Notes: generated by a model from the letters alone, not told the origin. A DNA stretch of 64,000 nt from an uncultured delta proteobacterium (GCA_963841435.1 CAWJCS010000005.1:96001-160000), one strand, 5' to 3'; shown: positions 43,973-54,546, numbered from the stretch's first letter. Translations and numbers: made by a program.

Positions 43973-45243
43973 GCCCGCTGGACCCGCCGTTTCGGCGCAT
44001 CGCCGAGGAAGAGGACCGCTTGCGCGCGGACGGTCGCGCGCGCAAGGAGGCAGGAGCGCGCATCGCCGCGTTTCGGGCGCCGCCGAAGCGCCGCACCCGA
44101 GCCTTCGTCGCGCTCGCTGCCGCGGCGGCCGTGCTCGCGCTCGTCACGGGGGCGGCTTTTGAGCTCGGGGGCCCGGCGCCGCTCGGCGTCGAGCTCGTCG
44201 GCGCGGAGCGGCGACCCCTCGTGGGGGTTTGGCTGGGTGCTCCAGCGGGGGCGTCGGTACCGCTGCGCTTTTCGGACGGTACGCGGATCGAGCTCTCGCC
44301 GAGTTCGCGCGCGCGCGTCGCCGAGGTGCGTCCCGAGGGTGCGCGCATCGAGCTCGAACGCGGACGGCTGCACGTCGAGGTCGTGCCGCGCCCGGGGGCG
44401 CACTGGGATCTCGTCGTCGGCCCGTTCGCCGTGCTCGTCACGGGCACGCGCTTCGACGTGAGCTTCGACCCCGAGCGAGACACCTTCGTGCTCGCGCTCG
44501 AGGAGGGTTCGGTGAAGATCTCGGGTTGTGCGTTCGGAGCCGCTCGCGAGCTCGCGGCGGGACAGACCGTGCGGGCTACCTGCCAGAAGCCGAGTGTGTC
44601 GGTGAGCTACGAGCCGCCGTCGCGCGAGGACGAGCGCGCCGCCGAGGTGCTATCGGCGCCAGCAGCGTCCGACCGCACTCGACCCCCCGCCGCGGCCCAG
44701 GACGAAAGTGGCCCGCCGGGTGACGCGCTTCCACCACGCGCGTCACCGGGGCCGGCTCCGAGCGCAGCGCGGGCGCCGCAGGAGTGGGTCGAGCTCGCGC
44801 GGCACGGCGGGTACACCGAGGCGATCGCGGCGGCGGAGGCGGCGGGGTTCAGCGCGGAGGCGAAGAGCGCGAGCCTCGAGGAGCTCGTGTTGCTCGGCGA
44901 TGCTGCCCGGCACGGGGGCGCTCCGCGGCGCGCCGTCGAGGCCTTCACGCTGTTGCGCTCGCGATTTCCTGGCACGAGCGACGCCGCGCTCGCCGCCTTC
45001 ACGCTCGGTTGCCTCGAGTTCGACGCCTTCGCGGACTACCAGCGCGCCGCCGGCTGGTTCCGCACCTACCTCGGCGAGCAGCCGGGCGGCCCCGTCACGC
45101 GCGAGGCGCTCGGACGCCTCACGGAGGCGCTCCACCGCGCCGGCAGCGAGAACGATGCACGCGAGGCCGCCCGCCGCTACCTGAAGCAGTACCCTTCGGG
45201 CCCCCATGCGGAGCTCGCGTCACGCCTTCTCGAAGCACCCTGA
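43969..45243 (+). CDS. FecR-domain anti-sigma factor with TPR-like C-terminus
   Basis: TM helix; LRFSDGT, LERG, VTGTRFDV, LEEGSV; AAFTLG, EALGRL and YLKQYPSGPH. Confidence 0.9.
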   Translation: MSPLDPPFRRIAEEEDRLRADGRARKEAGARIAAFRAPPKRRTRAFVALAAAAAVLALVTGAAFELGGPAPLGVELVGAERRPLVGVWLGAPAGASVPLRFSDGTRIELSPSSRARVAEVRPEGARIELERGRLHVEVVPRPGAHWDLVVGPFAVLVTGTRFDVSFDPERDTFVLALEEGSVKISGCAFGAARELAAGQTVRATCQKPSVSVSYEPPSREDERAAEVLSAPAASDRTRPPAAAQDESGPPGDALPPRASPGPAPSAARAPQEWVELARHGGYTEAIAAAEAAGFSAEAKSASLEELVLLGDAARHGGAPRRAVEAFTLLRSRFPGTSDAALAAFTLGCLEFDAFADYQRAAGWFRTYLGEQPGGPVTREALGRLTEALHRAGSENDAREAARRYLKQYPSGPHAELASRLLEAP

Positions 45244-45265
45244 GGGCTGGCTCCGCTCGGCGCGG

Positions 45266-46412
45266 ATGCCGCTTTCCATCGTGAGCGTGCTCGTCGCGTT
45301 CGGCGCGGGCGCGGGCTCGGCCGCGCGCCCAAGGTGCGCCGCAGGTTGCCGCCGGGGGCGCGCGCGCACCGAGCACGGAGCCCTCGATCCTGCTCGTGAG
45401 AACGCCGGGCGACGATGCCGTCGTCGCGCGTCTGCGCGCCGAGCTCGCGCCGAGCCGATGGGCCATCGTCGAGCTCCGTCCCGATGCCCGGCGGGCTGCG
45501 CTGCCCCTCGCCGAGTTGGCGTTGCGCGAGGGCGCCACGGCCGCCGTGCGAGCCCACGCCGCGCGCGGCGAGGTCGAGCTTTTCGTCGCGCACGAGGGAG
45601 GCGGCGTCGAGGAAACGGTCTCGGTGCCAGAAGGACGAGAGAATGAACGCGTGCTCGCGCTGCGTACGACGGAGGTGCTCCGCGCGCGCGGGCTCGATCT
45701 CGACCGAGCGCCGGCAGCAACGAGCGCCGAGGTGCCCGCGCTGCCGACGCGCGGGGCCCCGGCACCGGGCCCGCACGACAGGGGCGTGGTGCCTCCGCCC
45801 GCGACGCTCGGCACCGCGCGCCGGCCCGCGGACCGCAGCGTTTGGCTCGAGGTCGCCCCCGCAGCATCGTTGGGGCCCGGCGGATTGCCTCCGGCCGTCG
45901 AAGGGGCGCTCGCCGCGCGCGCCGACCTGCTGGGCCCCTGGTCAGTGGCGCTCTTCGCGACGGTTCCGCTCGTCCCCCAGACGCTCGAGGCCCCCGAGGG
46001 GCGTGCGCGAGTCTCCACGTTCGTCGCGGGCGCGGCGCTCGACGGCGCGTGGCTCGGCGGAAGGGTCGCCGCGTTGAGCTCGGGATTCGGGGCGGGCCTT
46101 TCGGCCACCGGGATGAGCGGCGAGCCGAACGCCGGTTACCAGGGCGCCGACGACACCGTGCTCGCCGGGATGCCGTTCGTTCGTTCGGCGGCAAGCCTGG
46201 TCCTCACGCCGACGCTTCGCCTCGTGGCCCGCGTGAGCGCCGGCGTGACCGTTCCCCGCGTCCGGGTCTATTTCGGCGACCGCGAGGCGGCCACCTGGGG
46301 TGGGCCCGTCCTTTCGGCGAGCCTCGGGCTCGAGGTCGCCCTATTTGGCCTGGGAGGCACCCCGGCGCCCCGGTCGTCGGCGAGCGTGAGCCGTCCCGAC
46401 CGGTCTCGGTGA
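45266..46412 (+). CDS. Secreted protein: N-terminal domain, Pro-rich linker, probable small beta-barrel; apparent frameshift ~45321
   Basis: Signal ending SARA-Q after removing one C; LALRTTEVLRA helix (compare LALAIAELIR of 26654-27661); Pro linker; amphipathic strands ending SASLGLEVALF. Confidence 0.65.
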
Positions 46413-46414
46413 CT
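46384..46414 (+). promoter_or_regulatory. Candidate ECF promoter, class II copy 2
   Basis: GCGTGAGCC-N13-TCGG-TGACT upstream of the lipoprotein at 46442. Confidence 0.55.
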
Positions 46415-46441
46415 GTAGGTTCGACTCAGGAGGTCCTCCGT

Positions 46442-47035
46442 ATGCAACGACGAAATTATCCGATCGCCATCCTCTGCTCGACACTCGCGCTCGCGGTCGG
46501 CTGCGGCTCGGGGGACGACGGGGGCGGCAGCGGTGGCAGCGGGGCGACGGGCGGCAGTGCCGCGGGCAAGGGCGGCTCGACCTCGACGGGCGGCACCGGC
46601 ACCGGTGGCGCGACGGGCGGCACCACGGCGAGCGGCGGCAGCGGCGGCTCGGCGGGCACGGGCGGGAGCAAGTCGAGCGGCGGCAGCGGCGGCTCGGCGG
46701 GCACGGGCGGGAGCAAGTCGAGCGGCGGCACCTCGGGCACCGGCGCCACCGTGGGAGGGTCCGCTGGCCTCGGCGGGGTGGGAGGCATCAGCGTCGATCC
46801 GGGCGAGTGCGCCACCGCGAACCCGATGAATGGCGAGCCCTGCGATACGAGCGGCGTCGTGTGCACCGGCACCAACGGCGGCTGTGCCTGCTTCGATCTC
46901 GGCGCCGGGCTGGTCTGGACCTGCCTCGACGGGATCGCTGCGGGGGGCGCCGGTGGGCTCGGCAACACCGGCGGCTTCGGCAATTTCGGCGGGTTCAACG
47001 CCGGGGGCATGGCCAACGCCGCGGGCAGCAACTAG
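46442..47035 (+). CDS. Gly-rich lipoprotein with a small 6-Cys domain
   Basis: AGGAGG RBS; lipobox AVGC; long Gly/Ser/Thr tether; C..GEPC...VC...CAC...WTC. Confidence 0.8.
   Translation: MQRRNYPIAILCSTLALAVGCGSGDDGGGSGGSGATGGSAAGKGGSTSTGGTGTGGATGGTTASGGSGGSAGTGGSKSSGGSGGSAGTGGSKSSGGTSGTGATVGGSAGLGGVGGISVDPGECATANPMNGEPCDTSGVVCTGTNGGCACFDLGAGLVWTCLDGIAAGGAGGLGNTGGFGNFGGFNAGGMANAAGSN
46631..46730 (+). repeat. Perfect 45-bp tandem repeat (~2.2 copies) in the linker
   Basis: agcggcggcagcggcggctcggcgggcacgggcgggagcaagtcg x2, encoding SGGSGGSAGTGGSKS. Confidence 0.9.
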
Positions 47036-47143
47036 CGCTCGCCCGGCGTCCTTGGGGGCCGGCTTTGGCCCAGCGCCGTAGCGGCGAGCTGCCTGTCACG
47101 CCCGCGGGCGCCCAGAATCGGTGCTCAGCGAAGGCGTCGTGCC

Positions 47144-49456
47144 TCAGCGCCCGAGCGCTTCGGCACGGTTCACGATGCGCGGCGTGAGGAAGATCACGAG
47201 CTCGCTGCGCTGGTCACTCGCGCGACGGCGCTGGAAGAGCAGGCCGAGCAACGGAATGTCCCCGAAGAACGGCACCTGGTCGAGGTTCCGGCCGGTATTG
47301 CGCGAGTAGATGCCGCCGATGACCGCCGTGTGACCGTCCATGACGAGCAGCTCGGTCTCGGCCTCGCGCTTGAGGATCGTCGGATCACCGCGCGCCGAGG
47401 TCTGGTTGAAGTCCGGCTCGTCGCGATTGATCTTCACGTGCATGCTGACGCTGCCGTCGGCGGTCACGTGCGGTTGCACGAGGAGCTGCAGCTTGGCTTC
47501 CTGAAAGGTCGTCTGCACGCCCTGCGCGCTCACCTGCGAGAACGGAATCAAGGTGCCCTGAGCGATGCGCGCCTCGTGATTGTCGAGCGTCAAGATGCGC
47601 GGGCTCGACAGGATGCGCAACAAGCCGCTCGCCTCGGCGGCGGAGAGGCGCACGGCGAGGTTCAGCGTGTTGTCGACCGAGCCGAAGGAAAGGCCGAGCG
47701 CACCACCTTGGCCCGTACCGACGGCGGCCGGCAGGTTGACGGCGAAGTTCGGGTTCGCGACGGTGTTGGCGAAGGGGCTGAGGCCAGCGGTCGGCGTGTT
47801 GCCATCGCTCGCACCGCCAACGACACCGACTGAATTGGGGAAAGCGAGACCGGTGGGGTTGCCCGTCGCGGCCGAGAAGGTCGCGTCACCGCCCCACTGG
47901 ATGCCGACGTCGCGGATGTACCGGCTCGTCGCCTCGACGATGCGCGCCTCGACGAGCACCTGGGGCGTCTGCGTATCGAGCGAGCGGATGAGCTCTTCGA
48001 CCTGGTTCAAATTGCCCGAGATGTCGCGGGCGATGAGCACGTTGGTGCGCTCGTCGACCGCCAGCGAGCCGCGCTCGCTCAGCATGGGCCGCGCGCGCTC
48101 CTGGATCGAAGCCGCCGAGGCATAGCTCACGGGGATGAGTCGGGTCTCGAGGGGGGCGAGCTTGACCTCCTGCGCGCGACGCGCAAGCTGCATCTCGCGC
48201 TCCTTTTCGAGGTCGGAGAGCGGCGCGACGCGGATCATGTTTCCCGTGCGCACCATGCCGAGACTCTTCGACTGCAGGACGATGTCGAGCGCCTGATCCC
48301 AGGGCACGTTGCGCATGCGGATCGTGACGGTGCCGGTCACGTTGTCCGCCGTGACGACGTTCACGTTCCCGACGTCCGCCAGCAGTCTGAGGACGTTGTG
48401 GATGTCGGCGTCCTTGAGGTCGAGGTCGATGCGTCGACCCGTGAAGTTTCGCTGCTGCGCGAGCGGCGTCGGAGCGAATCCGGCGGCCTCGCCCGGCCCG
48501 GAGTGCTTCTCGACGAGACCCGGATCGTAGCCTTCGACCACCTCGGGCACGCCCTGCATGGCCTGCTCGATGGTGACGGTGCGCGTCCGTCGCGCGATGC
48601 CACCGTCGCGCGCCACGCCGCTCTGTGCCGGCGTCTGCTCGCCGGGCGTGAAGAAGCTCCAGACGAGGGACGTGCCGCGACGCTCCACGCGGCTCGCGAC
48701 GCCGGGGTCGGTTTCGGCCTCGACGAGCACGGCGCCGCGCTCGGCCGGGCTCGGATAGCTCGAGACGGAGCTCACCTTGCCGCCGAAGCCGCTCACGTCG
48801 AGCGTCCGCACGAGCGCCTCGGGCACCTGCGCCGACTCGATGACGAGCGACGCGCGCCCCTTGCCGGCGGGCGGCGTGCGAAAATGGGCTGACTCGGCGA
48901 GCTGGATGACGACACGATCCTCGCCCGCGGCATGCTCGAAGCGCACGTCGTCGATGCGTGCCACGCCCTTCGACGCCGACCTCGGCGCCGCCGTCGGGGT
49001 GCCGAGAGGGGCGAGACCGGCGCTGCTGGGGGCCAGGCGAATGACGAGGTCGTTGCCCTCGACGGCGACCGAGTAGACGGCGTCTTCGAGCAAGGTCACG
49101 AGAAAGCGTGCGGTGTGGCCCTTGCCCACGGCGAACGCCTGGGCCATCACGCCGCCGACGACGCCCTGCGCGTCCGTGACGGCCGCCGGCGCGCCCGCAA
49201 GCACTGCCTCGGGCACGTCGACAATGAGCCTATTTTTGCCCTTCTCGAGCCGCGCCGTGAAGGTCGGCGGCCGGCTGAAGCTCACGATGACGCGAGTCTC
49301 CGCGGCCTTCCCTTTTTCGACCGACAGCGCGGTCGCCTGGCGCTCGGCAGCGCCCTTGCCGAGCGCGGGGGCTGGCGAAAGCAGCGCGGTGGCAAACGCC
49401 AGCGGGGCCGCCTGGATCAGCCGGGCAAGCGTCGTCCTCTTCGAGCTAAACCGCAT
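47144..49456 (-). CDS. pilQ: Type IV pilus secretin with AMIN domains
   Basis: FTGRRIDLDLKDADI, NVPWDQALD, VDERTN, QVLVEARIVE, SSPRILTLDN and ELVIFLTPRIV. Confidence 0.96.
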   Translation of the reverse strand: MRFSSKRTTLARLIQAAPLAFATALLSPAPALGKGAAERQATALSVEKGKAAETRVIVSFSRPPTFTARLEKGKNRLIVDVPEAVLAGAPAAVTDAQGVVGGVMAQAFAVGKGHTARFLVTLLEDAVYSVAVEGNDLVIRLAPSSAGLAPLGTPTAAPRSASKGVARIDDVRFEHAAGEDRVVIQLAESAHFRTPPAGKGRASLVIESAQVPEALVRTLDVSGFGGKVSSVSSYPSPAERGAVLVEAETDPGVASRVERRGTSLVWSFFTPGEQTPAQSGVARDGGIARRTRTVTIEQAMQGVPEVVEGYDPGLVEKHSGPGEAAGFAPTPLAQQRNFTGRRIDLDLKDADIHNVLRLLADVGNVNVVTADNVTGTVTIRMRNVPWDQALDIVLQSKSLGMVRTGNMIRVAPLSDLEKEREMQLARRAQEVKLAPLETRLIPVSYASAASIQERARPMLSERGSLAVDERTNVLIARDISGNLNQVEELIRSLDTQTPQVLVEARIVEATSRYIRDVGIQWGGDATFSAATGNPTGLAFPNSVGVVGGASDGNTPTAGLSPFANTVANPNFAVNLPAAVGTGQGGALGLSFGSVDNTLNLAVRLSAAEASGLLRILSSPRILTLDNHEARIAQGTLIPFSQVSAQGVQTTFQEAKLQLLVQPHVTADGSVSMHVKINRDEPDFNQTSARGDPTILKREAETELLVMDGHTAVIGGIYSRNTGRNLDQVPFFGDIPLLGLLFQRRRASDQRSELVIFLTPRIVNRAEALGR

Positions 49457-49718
49457 GAATGGGCTCCGAATTCGACAGGTCTCGGGGGGCAACGCGCACA
49501 CCCGTCAAAGTCCAGCGAGAAGCCTATCGTCTCGCTCGCAAGACGAACAAATTCCGAGCCAAACGAGTTTTGACGAAGGCGCTTCGTCTGTCGAAAAGTT
49601 GCCCGTCCGCGTGCCTTCGATGGGGGAACCGGCGCGCGCATCCGGCGCCGTTTTGGTGTCGTTGCGTTTTATCGACACCCGATCTTTCTCGGAGCATGGC
49701 TCCGCTTTGCGCGGGCTT

Positions 49719-49734
49719 GCTAAAGCGCTTAAGC
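49719..49734. promoter_or_regulatory. LacI-like pseudo-palindromic operator candidate
   Basis: GCTAAAGCGCTTAAGC immediately upstream of the CBM10/expansin-like gene. Confidence 0.4.
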
Positions 49735-49743
49735 TGGCGGCTA

Positions 49744-51338
49744 GTGCACTCCTTCTCCACGCGCGCCCCCATCCCTTTTTACCCGACGAAGAGCGCTCGT
49801 CCCGTTCGGCCGCCTGCCGGCCGCTCACGCTGGGCAGCGCTCGGTTTGCTCGGCATCGCCTCGACGGCAGGTCTCGGCGCGTGCGCCGCGCAAACCGACA
49901 CCGGTCCCGACGTGGGCAGCGGACAACCCGGGGCCGGCGGCTCGACGGCGAGTGGCGGCACCGGTGCGACCGGCACGGGCGGCTCCGTGATGGGCTCGGG
50001 CGGAGCGGTGAGCACCGGCGGCGCTGGCGGCGGGGCACCGGCATGGCGGGCGCGGCGGGCTCGGTGGCAGCGGGCTCGGGCGGATCCGGCGCGACCGCGG
50101 GGACGGGTAGCGGCGCCGATGCCGGCACCGGCACGGGCGCGGCGTCAGGTAGCGGGGGCGCGACGGCGATGGGTCCCGGCCTATCGGTGGGCGGCAAGTG
50201 CTTTGCCGCCTGCGCGTTCCCCGAGACCTCGGATCCCGATCCGGAGACGGGCGCGGTCAACGGGTACGGCTGGGAAGGTCAGGCGGCCTGCGTCGATCCG
50301 GCGTCGGCCGTCGGAATGATGGCAACACCCTGCGAGCCGCCGCCGCCCGTTGTTCCCCCGACGCCCGGCGACGGCGGCGTGTACACGGGCGACGCCTGCC
50401 ATCCCTTCTGCTCGAGCACCGCCACCGATCCGGACGACATGGGCCTCAGCGACGGCTGGGGCTACGAGCACGGCCAGAGCTGCATCGTCGCCGGTACCGC
50501 CGCGGCGATTGGCGGCGTGGCGTGCGATCCCATGCTGCCACCGCTCGGCACGGGCGACGGCGTGCTCGTCAACGACGGCATGGGCGGCACCGTTTGCCAT
50601 CCGCTGTGCCGTGACGTCGTCGCCTCGATGCCCGATGCGAACGGCTGGGGCTGGGAGAACGACACCAACTGCATCCTGGCCGGCTCGATAGCGCAGCTCC
50701 AGGGCGTGCCCTGCGACGCACCCGATCCCCCCGAACCGCCGCCACCCGCGCCTCCGCCGCCCGGCACCGGCTGGAGCTCCGACTACACGGCCACGATGTT
50801 CGGCGAAGTGGACTGCGCGCCGTTCGGTTTCGACGATCCCGGCAATTCCAACCTCAATTTCGCGACCTGCGTGGGCCGCGGCCAGGTTTCACTCAACAGC
50901 GACAACCAGAAGTGGTTCGGCGCCGTCGGCGACCTGTCGACCCTCTGGTCGGGCTCGGCCTGCACCTGCACGGGTGGCTCGAGCGGCGACAAATGCTCGA
51001 CGGCTCCGGCGTGCAACGGCCAGGCAAACTGCGGCACGTGCGTCGAGGTCGTTTGCAACGGCACCGGCACGTACTCGTACGAGGGTGACGGGTACACGCA
51101 CGACGAGTTCTGCAAGCCGAACACGTCCGTCGTCGTCCAGCTCATCGACGCCTGCCCCCACAATCACCCGAACAACCCTTACTGGTGTACGACCCAGCGC
51201 CCGAACCACGTCAACATCAGCTGCTCGGCCTTCAACGAGCTCGTGCAGGGGGACCGCCCCATCGGCGAGATCGGGTTCATCAACGCCTACGCGCGGCCGG
51301 TCAACTGCAGCGTAGGGCTCGGAGTGCATGGTTTTTGA
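49744..51338 (+). CDS. Lipoprotein with three CBM10-like modules and a C-terminal expansin/GH45-like double-psi beta-barrel; apparent frameshift ~50030
   Basis: Lipobox GLGAC; Gly tether; GYGWEGQAAC, GWGYEHGQSC and GWGWENDTNC; Pro linker; CGTCVEV..VVQLIDACP..HVNIS..AF. Start uncertain. Confidence 0.75.
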
Positions 51339-51463
51339 CCGTTCGACACCGGGTGGCGGATCTTTCGGGATTGACGTCCGGTCGAGGCCCGTCGCGCACC
51401 GACGACGCCGCCGTCTGTGCGGGAAACGGCGGAGCGAAGGGAGCAGGCCGAGGAATCCGTCGC

Positions 51464-52072
51464 TCAGCCCGGGTTCACTTCTAGTGGCGTCTCGCCCTCG
51501 GGCCTCAGCGGAATGACCTTCGTGGCCGCGGGGACGTCGGGGTTGTTCGGGTCCTCACGCACCAGAACAACGTCGCCGTCGCGAATGCGATCGAGGCGCC
51601 AGTTGAGCTCGTAGGTGGAGCCGCGCGCGCCGACGGTCTGGACGAGGTCCGCACGCCCCACGAAGTCGCCGCGGTGCACGACGTGGCCCTTGCCCGTCGG
51701 GTCGACGAGCATGGCGCGAGCCGGGGTGATGCGCGTCACGATGCCGACGAGCTTCAAATCGTCCACCGCGAACTCTGCGAGCACGACCTGCCGCTGCGAC
51801 TTTATCCGGCTCTTCACTTCCTCGGCGAAGCTCCGCGTGTAGGAGCGGAACGGATCGCGGCTCCGTTCGGTCTCGGTAAACTCCGCTTCGGGGAACTCGC
51901 GGTGAATGGGCGCGGCCGAAGCCTGTGCCTTGGGGTTGGGGGCGGCCGCGGGGGCGGCGGCGGCGGACGCCGACGAGAAGGGCGTGAGCTTCCTGTCCTT
52001 GACCGGCTCGTCCGACCCGCACGCGGAGAGACAAGCCGCGACACTCAAGAGGAGGCCTAAACGGAGCAGCAT
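51464..52072 (-). CDS. pilP: Type IV pilus lipoprotein PilP
   Basis: Lipobox LSAC; RDPF; LKLVGIV..AMLVDPTGKG. Confidence 0.9.
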   Translation of the reverse strand: MLLRLGLLLSVAACLSACGSDEPVKDRKLTPFSSASAAAAPAAAPNPKAQASAAPIHREFPEAEFTETERSRDPFRSYTRSFAEEVKSRIKSQRQVVLAEFAVDDLKLVGIVTRITPARAMLVDPTGKGHVVHRGDFVGRADLVQTVGARGSTYELNWRLDRIRDGDVVLVREDPNNPDVPAATKVIPLRPEGETPLEVNPG

Positions 52073-52698
52073 CAATGTCCCGCTCCCTTCTTGGCGGCGC
52101 CGCGCTTGTCGGCTCCGCCAGCGCCCTTACCGCCGTCGGTCACCGCGCGGAACGCCGTGGCGAGAACGTCCGCGTGGATCAGCACGTCTTCGCCCTTCAC
52201 CTCGGGCCTGCCGAGGTTCACGTTCTCGAGGTTGATGATGCGGTCGAGCTGGCTCACCCCGTAAAAGAACTTCGCGATCTGGTGGTAGCGCCCCAAAAGC
52301 TCGAGCTTCATCGGCACGCGGACGTAGAACTGCTCGGGGACCTCGGGGCTCGGCGTCCAGGCGGTGAGCTGCACGCCGGCGACGTTGGCCACGTTCTGGA
52401 GCGCGCTCAGGAACGCGGGGTACTCGCTCTGTAGCGGTAGAACGCGGTTCAGCTCGCGCTGGCTCTGCTGCTTGTCGGTCAGCTCGGCCAGATCCTTCTG
52501 GTAGGCGAACTCCGCTTTGCGCGCGTCGGCGAGCTCGCCCTTGAGCTGGTGCTCCCGGCTCTTGGCGGCCTCGATCGCGCTCGAGAGCTCGCCGTAGAAC
52601 ACGACGTAATAGGCGACGCCGGTGAGCCCGAGCACGACGAACGCCACGCCGGTGCGCGCGAGCACGGGAAGCTTGGTGAGGGAGTCGCTCAGGGCCAT
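52072..52698 (-). CDS. pilO: Type IV pilus protein PilO
   Basis: TM helix, coiled coil, LP..SE, FY..VP and G.YHQIAKFF...LDRIIN. Confidence 0.92.
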   Translation of the reverse strand: MALSDSLTKLPVLARTGVAFVVLGLTGVAYYVVFYGELSSAIEAAKSREHQLKGELADARKAEFAYQKDLAELTDKQQSQRELNRVLPLQSEYPAFLSALQNVANVAGVQLTAWTPSPEVPEQFYVRVPMKLELLGRYHQIAKFFYGVSQLDRIINLENVNLGRPEVKGEDVLIHADVLATAFRAVTDGGKGAGGADKRGAAKKGAGH

Positions 52699-53339
52699 CA
52701 GTACTTCACCTGGGCTTCGAGCGAGAAGCGGATCACGGGCAGGCTCGTGTCCTTGTCCTTTTCCTGCTTGCCCGGCAGGAGCATGACGTTGCTGAAATAG
52801 TCGGACAGGTTGAGGCGACGGGCGAGCTCGCTCACGTCCTCACCGTCCTGCGCGGTGCCCTCGAGCTTCATGCGCCGGGCCGACTCGCCGAACCCCTTGA
52901 TCTCGAGGCGACGCGGATCCCAGTTGGCATTGAAGACGGCGAGCGGGTTCTCGCGCCGGAGCTGGCTCAGCCTGTCGGGGGCGACGGAGGGGCCGCGCCC
53001 GGGAGTGAGGATGTGCGACAGCTCGAGCAGGATCGCGGTCGGCCCCGTACGCGCCGTCTGCAGCTGGGTGATGGCGGCCTCGCGAGCCCTGAGCTCGTCG
53101 AGCTTCTTTTTCACCTCGGGATGGTTCTGCACGCTCTTTTTGGACTGATCGATCTGCGATTCGAGCTCGGCGTTCGCCCGCTTCTGATCGTCGAGCTCCT
53201 CGTTCTTGAAGCCGTGGAACACGAACAGCCCGGCGATCTCGGCGAGGAACGCCACCATCACGGCGACGAGCCAGAGCTGCCGCTTCTCCTGCTTGGCCTC
53301 GGCGCGGCGCTTCTGCGGGAGTAGGTTGACGCGAATCAC
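52698..53339 (-). CDS. pilN: Type IV pilus protein PilN
   Basis: GTG start; IRVNLLP motif; TM helix; coiled coil; LEG.A. Confidence 0.92.
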   Translation of the reverse strand: MIRVNLLPQKRRAEAKQEKRQLWLVAVMVAFLAEIAGLFVFHGFKNEELDDQKRANAELESQIDQSKKSVQNHPEVKKKLDELRAREAAITQLQTARTGPTAILLELSHILTPGRGPSVAPDRLSQLRRENPLAVFNANWDPRRLEIKGFGESARRMKLEGTAQDGEDVSELARRLNLSDYFSNVMLLPGKQEKDKDTSLPVIRFSLEAQVKY

Positions 53340-54404
53340 GAGTGCGTCTCCTTTTCCTTGCGCAGTGCGAGGCCGAGCGCGACGGCAAGCTGGGCGGCGC
53401 GCGCCTGGAGCAGCGTGCCGTTCGACCTCCTTGGCCTCGATGGCCACCCGCTCCGTGGGCGCCCACGCCTCGACGGGCACGCGGGCCCTGCGCTGGATGG
53501 CACTGCCGAGCGCGGCGAGGTTTGCGGTGCCGCCCGTGACGTAGATGCGCGCGATCTCGGCTTCGCCGCTCGTGGCCATGTAAAAGTCGAGGCTGCGCTG
53601 GATTTCTGCGGCGATCGAGTCAGCGACCGCATCGACGATCTGCACGACCTGCTGCGGCACGATCCCCCCGCTCGCAGGGTCGCCGCCACCGCCGCATTTG
53701 TAGGTCTCGGCCTGCTCGAAGGGCACGCTGAGCTGGCGCTGGATCTCCTCGGTGATCACATTGCCGCCGTTGGCGATCTCGCGCGTGAACGCGCTCACGC
53801 CGTTCGACACGATGTTCAACGAGGAAAGGCTCGCGCCCACGTTGATGAGCGCGATCGTCTGATCGGGCGGTAGCCCGCGGGAGTATTCGAACAGGTTCTG
53901 AACGGTGAAGGCGTCGATGTCGCACACCAGCGGCTTGAGCTTGGCGCTACGGGCGAGCTGGGCGTAGTCCTCGATCTGGTCGCGCTTCGCGGCGACGAGG
54001 AGCAGATCCATCTGGCTCGTCTCGGGACGCTTGCGCAAAACCTGGTAATCGACCTGGACGTCCTTGATGTCGAAGGGGATGTGCTGCTCGGCCTCCCACT
54101 GAATCTGCTCCCCCAGCTGGACGTCCGTCATCATCGGAATCGTGATCTTCCGGATGATCACACTCTGGCCGGAGACGCTCACGGCGCATTCCTTCTGGCG
54201 GATCTTGGCTTCGGCGAAGGCGCGCCCGAGGGCGTCGATCACCGCGGACTGGTCCATGATCTGCCCGTCCACGATCGCCTGCGGGCTCAGGGGTACGAAG
54301 CCGAGGCGGAGCAGCCCGAGCCCTTTTTTGGACTCGCGCAGCTGACAGACCTTGACCCCGGAGGCGCCGATATCCACGCCGACCAGGTTTTTTCCTTCGC
54401 CCAT
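53336..54404 (-). CDS. pilM: Type IV pilus protein PilM; apparent frameshift ~53421
   Basis: VGVDIG, EAEQHIPF, EIQRSLDFY and VTGG; the conserved terminal AVALGLALR lies in another frame ending at 53336. Confidence 0.95.
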
Positions 54405-54546
54405 GGCTTTCTTCTGCCAGAAATTCCGCGGGAATCCGCGCGTACAAACTTTGGCATTCTGAAAGGCCCACAGCCAAGAAACGGGCGTAGGTCGCTCTGG
54501 GACGGGGGGTGGCGAGGTCCGCCACGGGTTTCATCGAACCCCGGGG

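Noticed and set aside
46631-46730. Direct repeats as a possible CRISPR array (also 11375-11580)
   Set aside because: They are in-frame Gly-rich coding repeats with no unique spacers and no cas genes.
49113-49743. 741-aa ORF starting inside pilQ on the opposite strand
   Set aside because: The real N-terminus with the lipobox lies in another frame from ~49744; the 5' part is antisense read-through.
52698-54404. Apparent 568-aa PilM-PilN fusion in the ORF track
   Set aside because: It is produced by one extra base at ~53421. The normal PilM C-terminus (AVALGLALR) and its stop overlapping the PilN GTG are present in the other frame.
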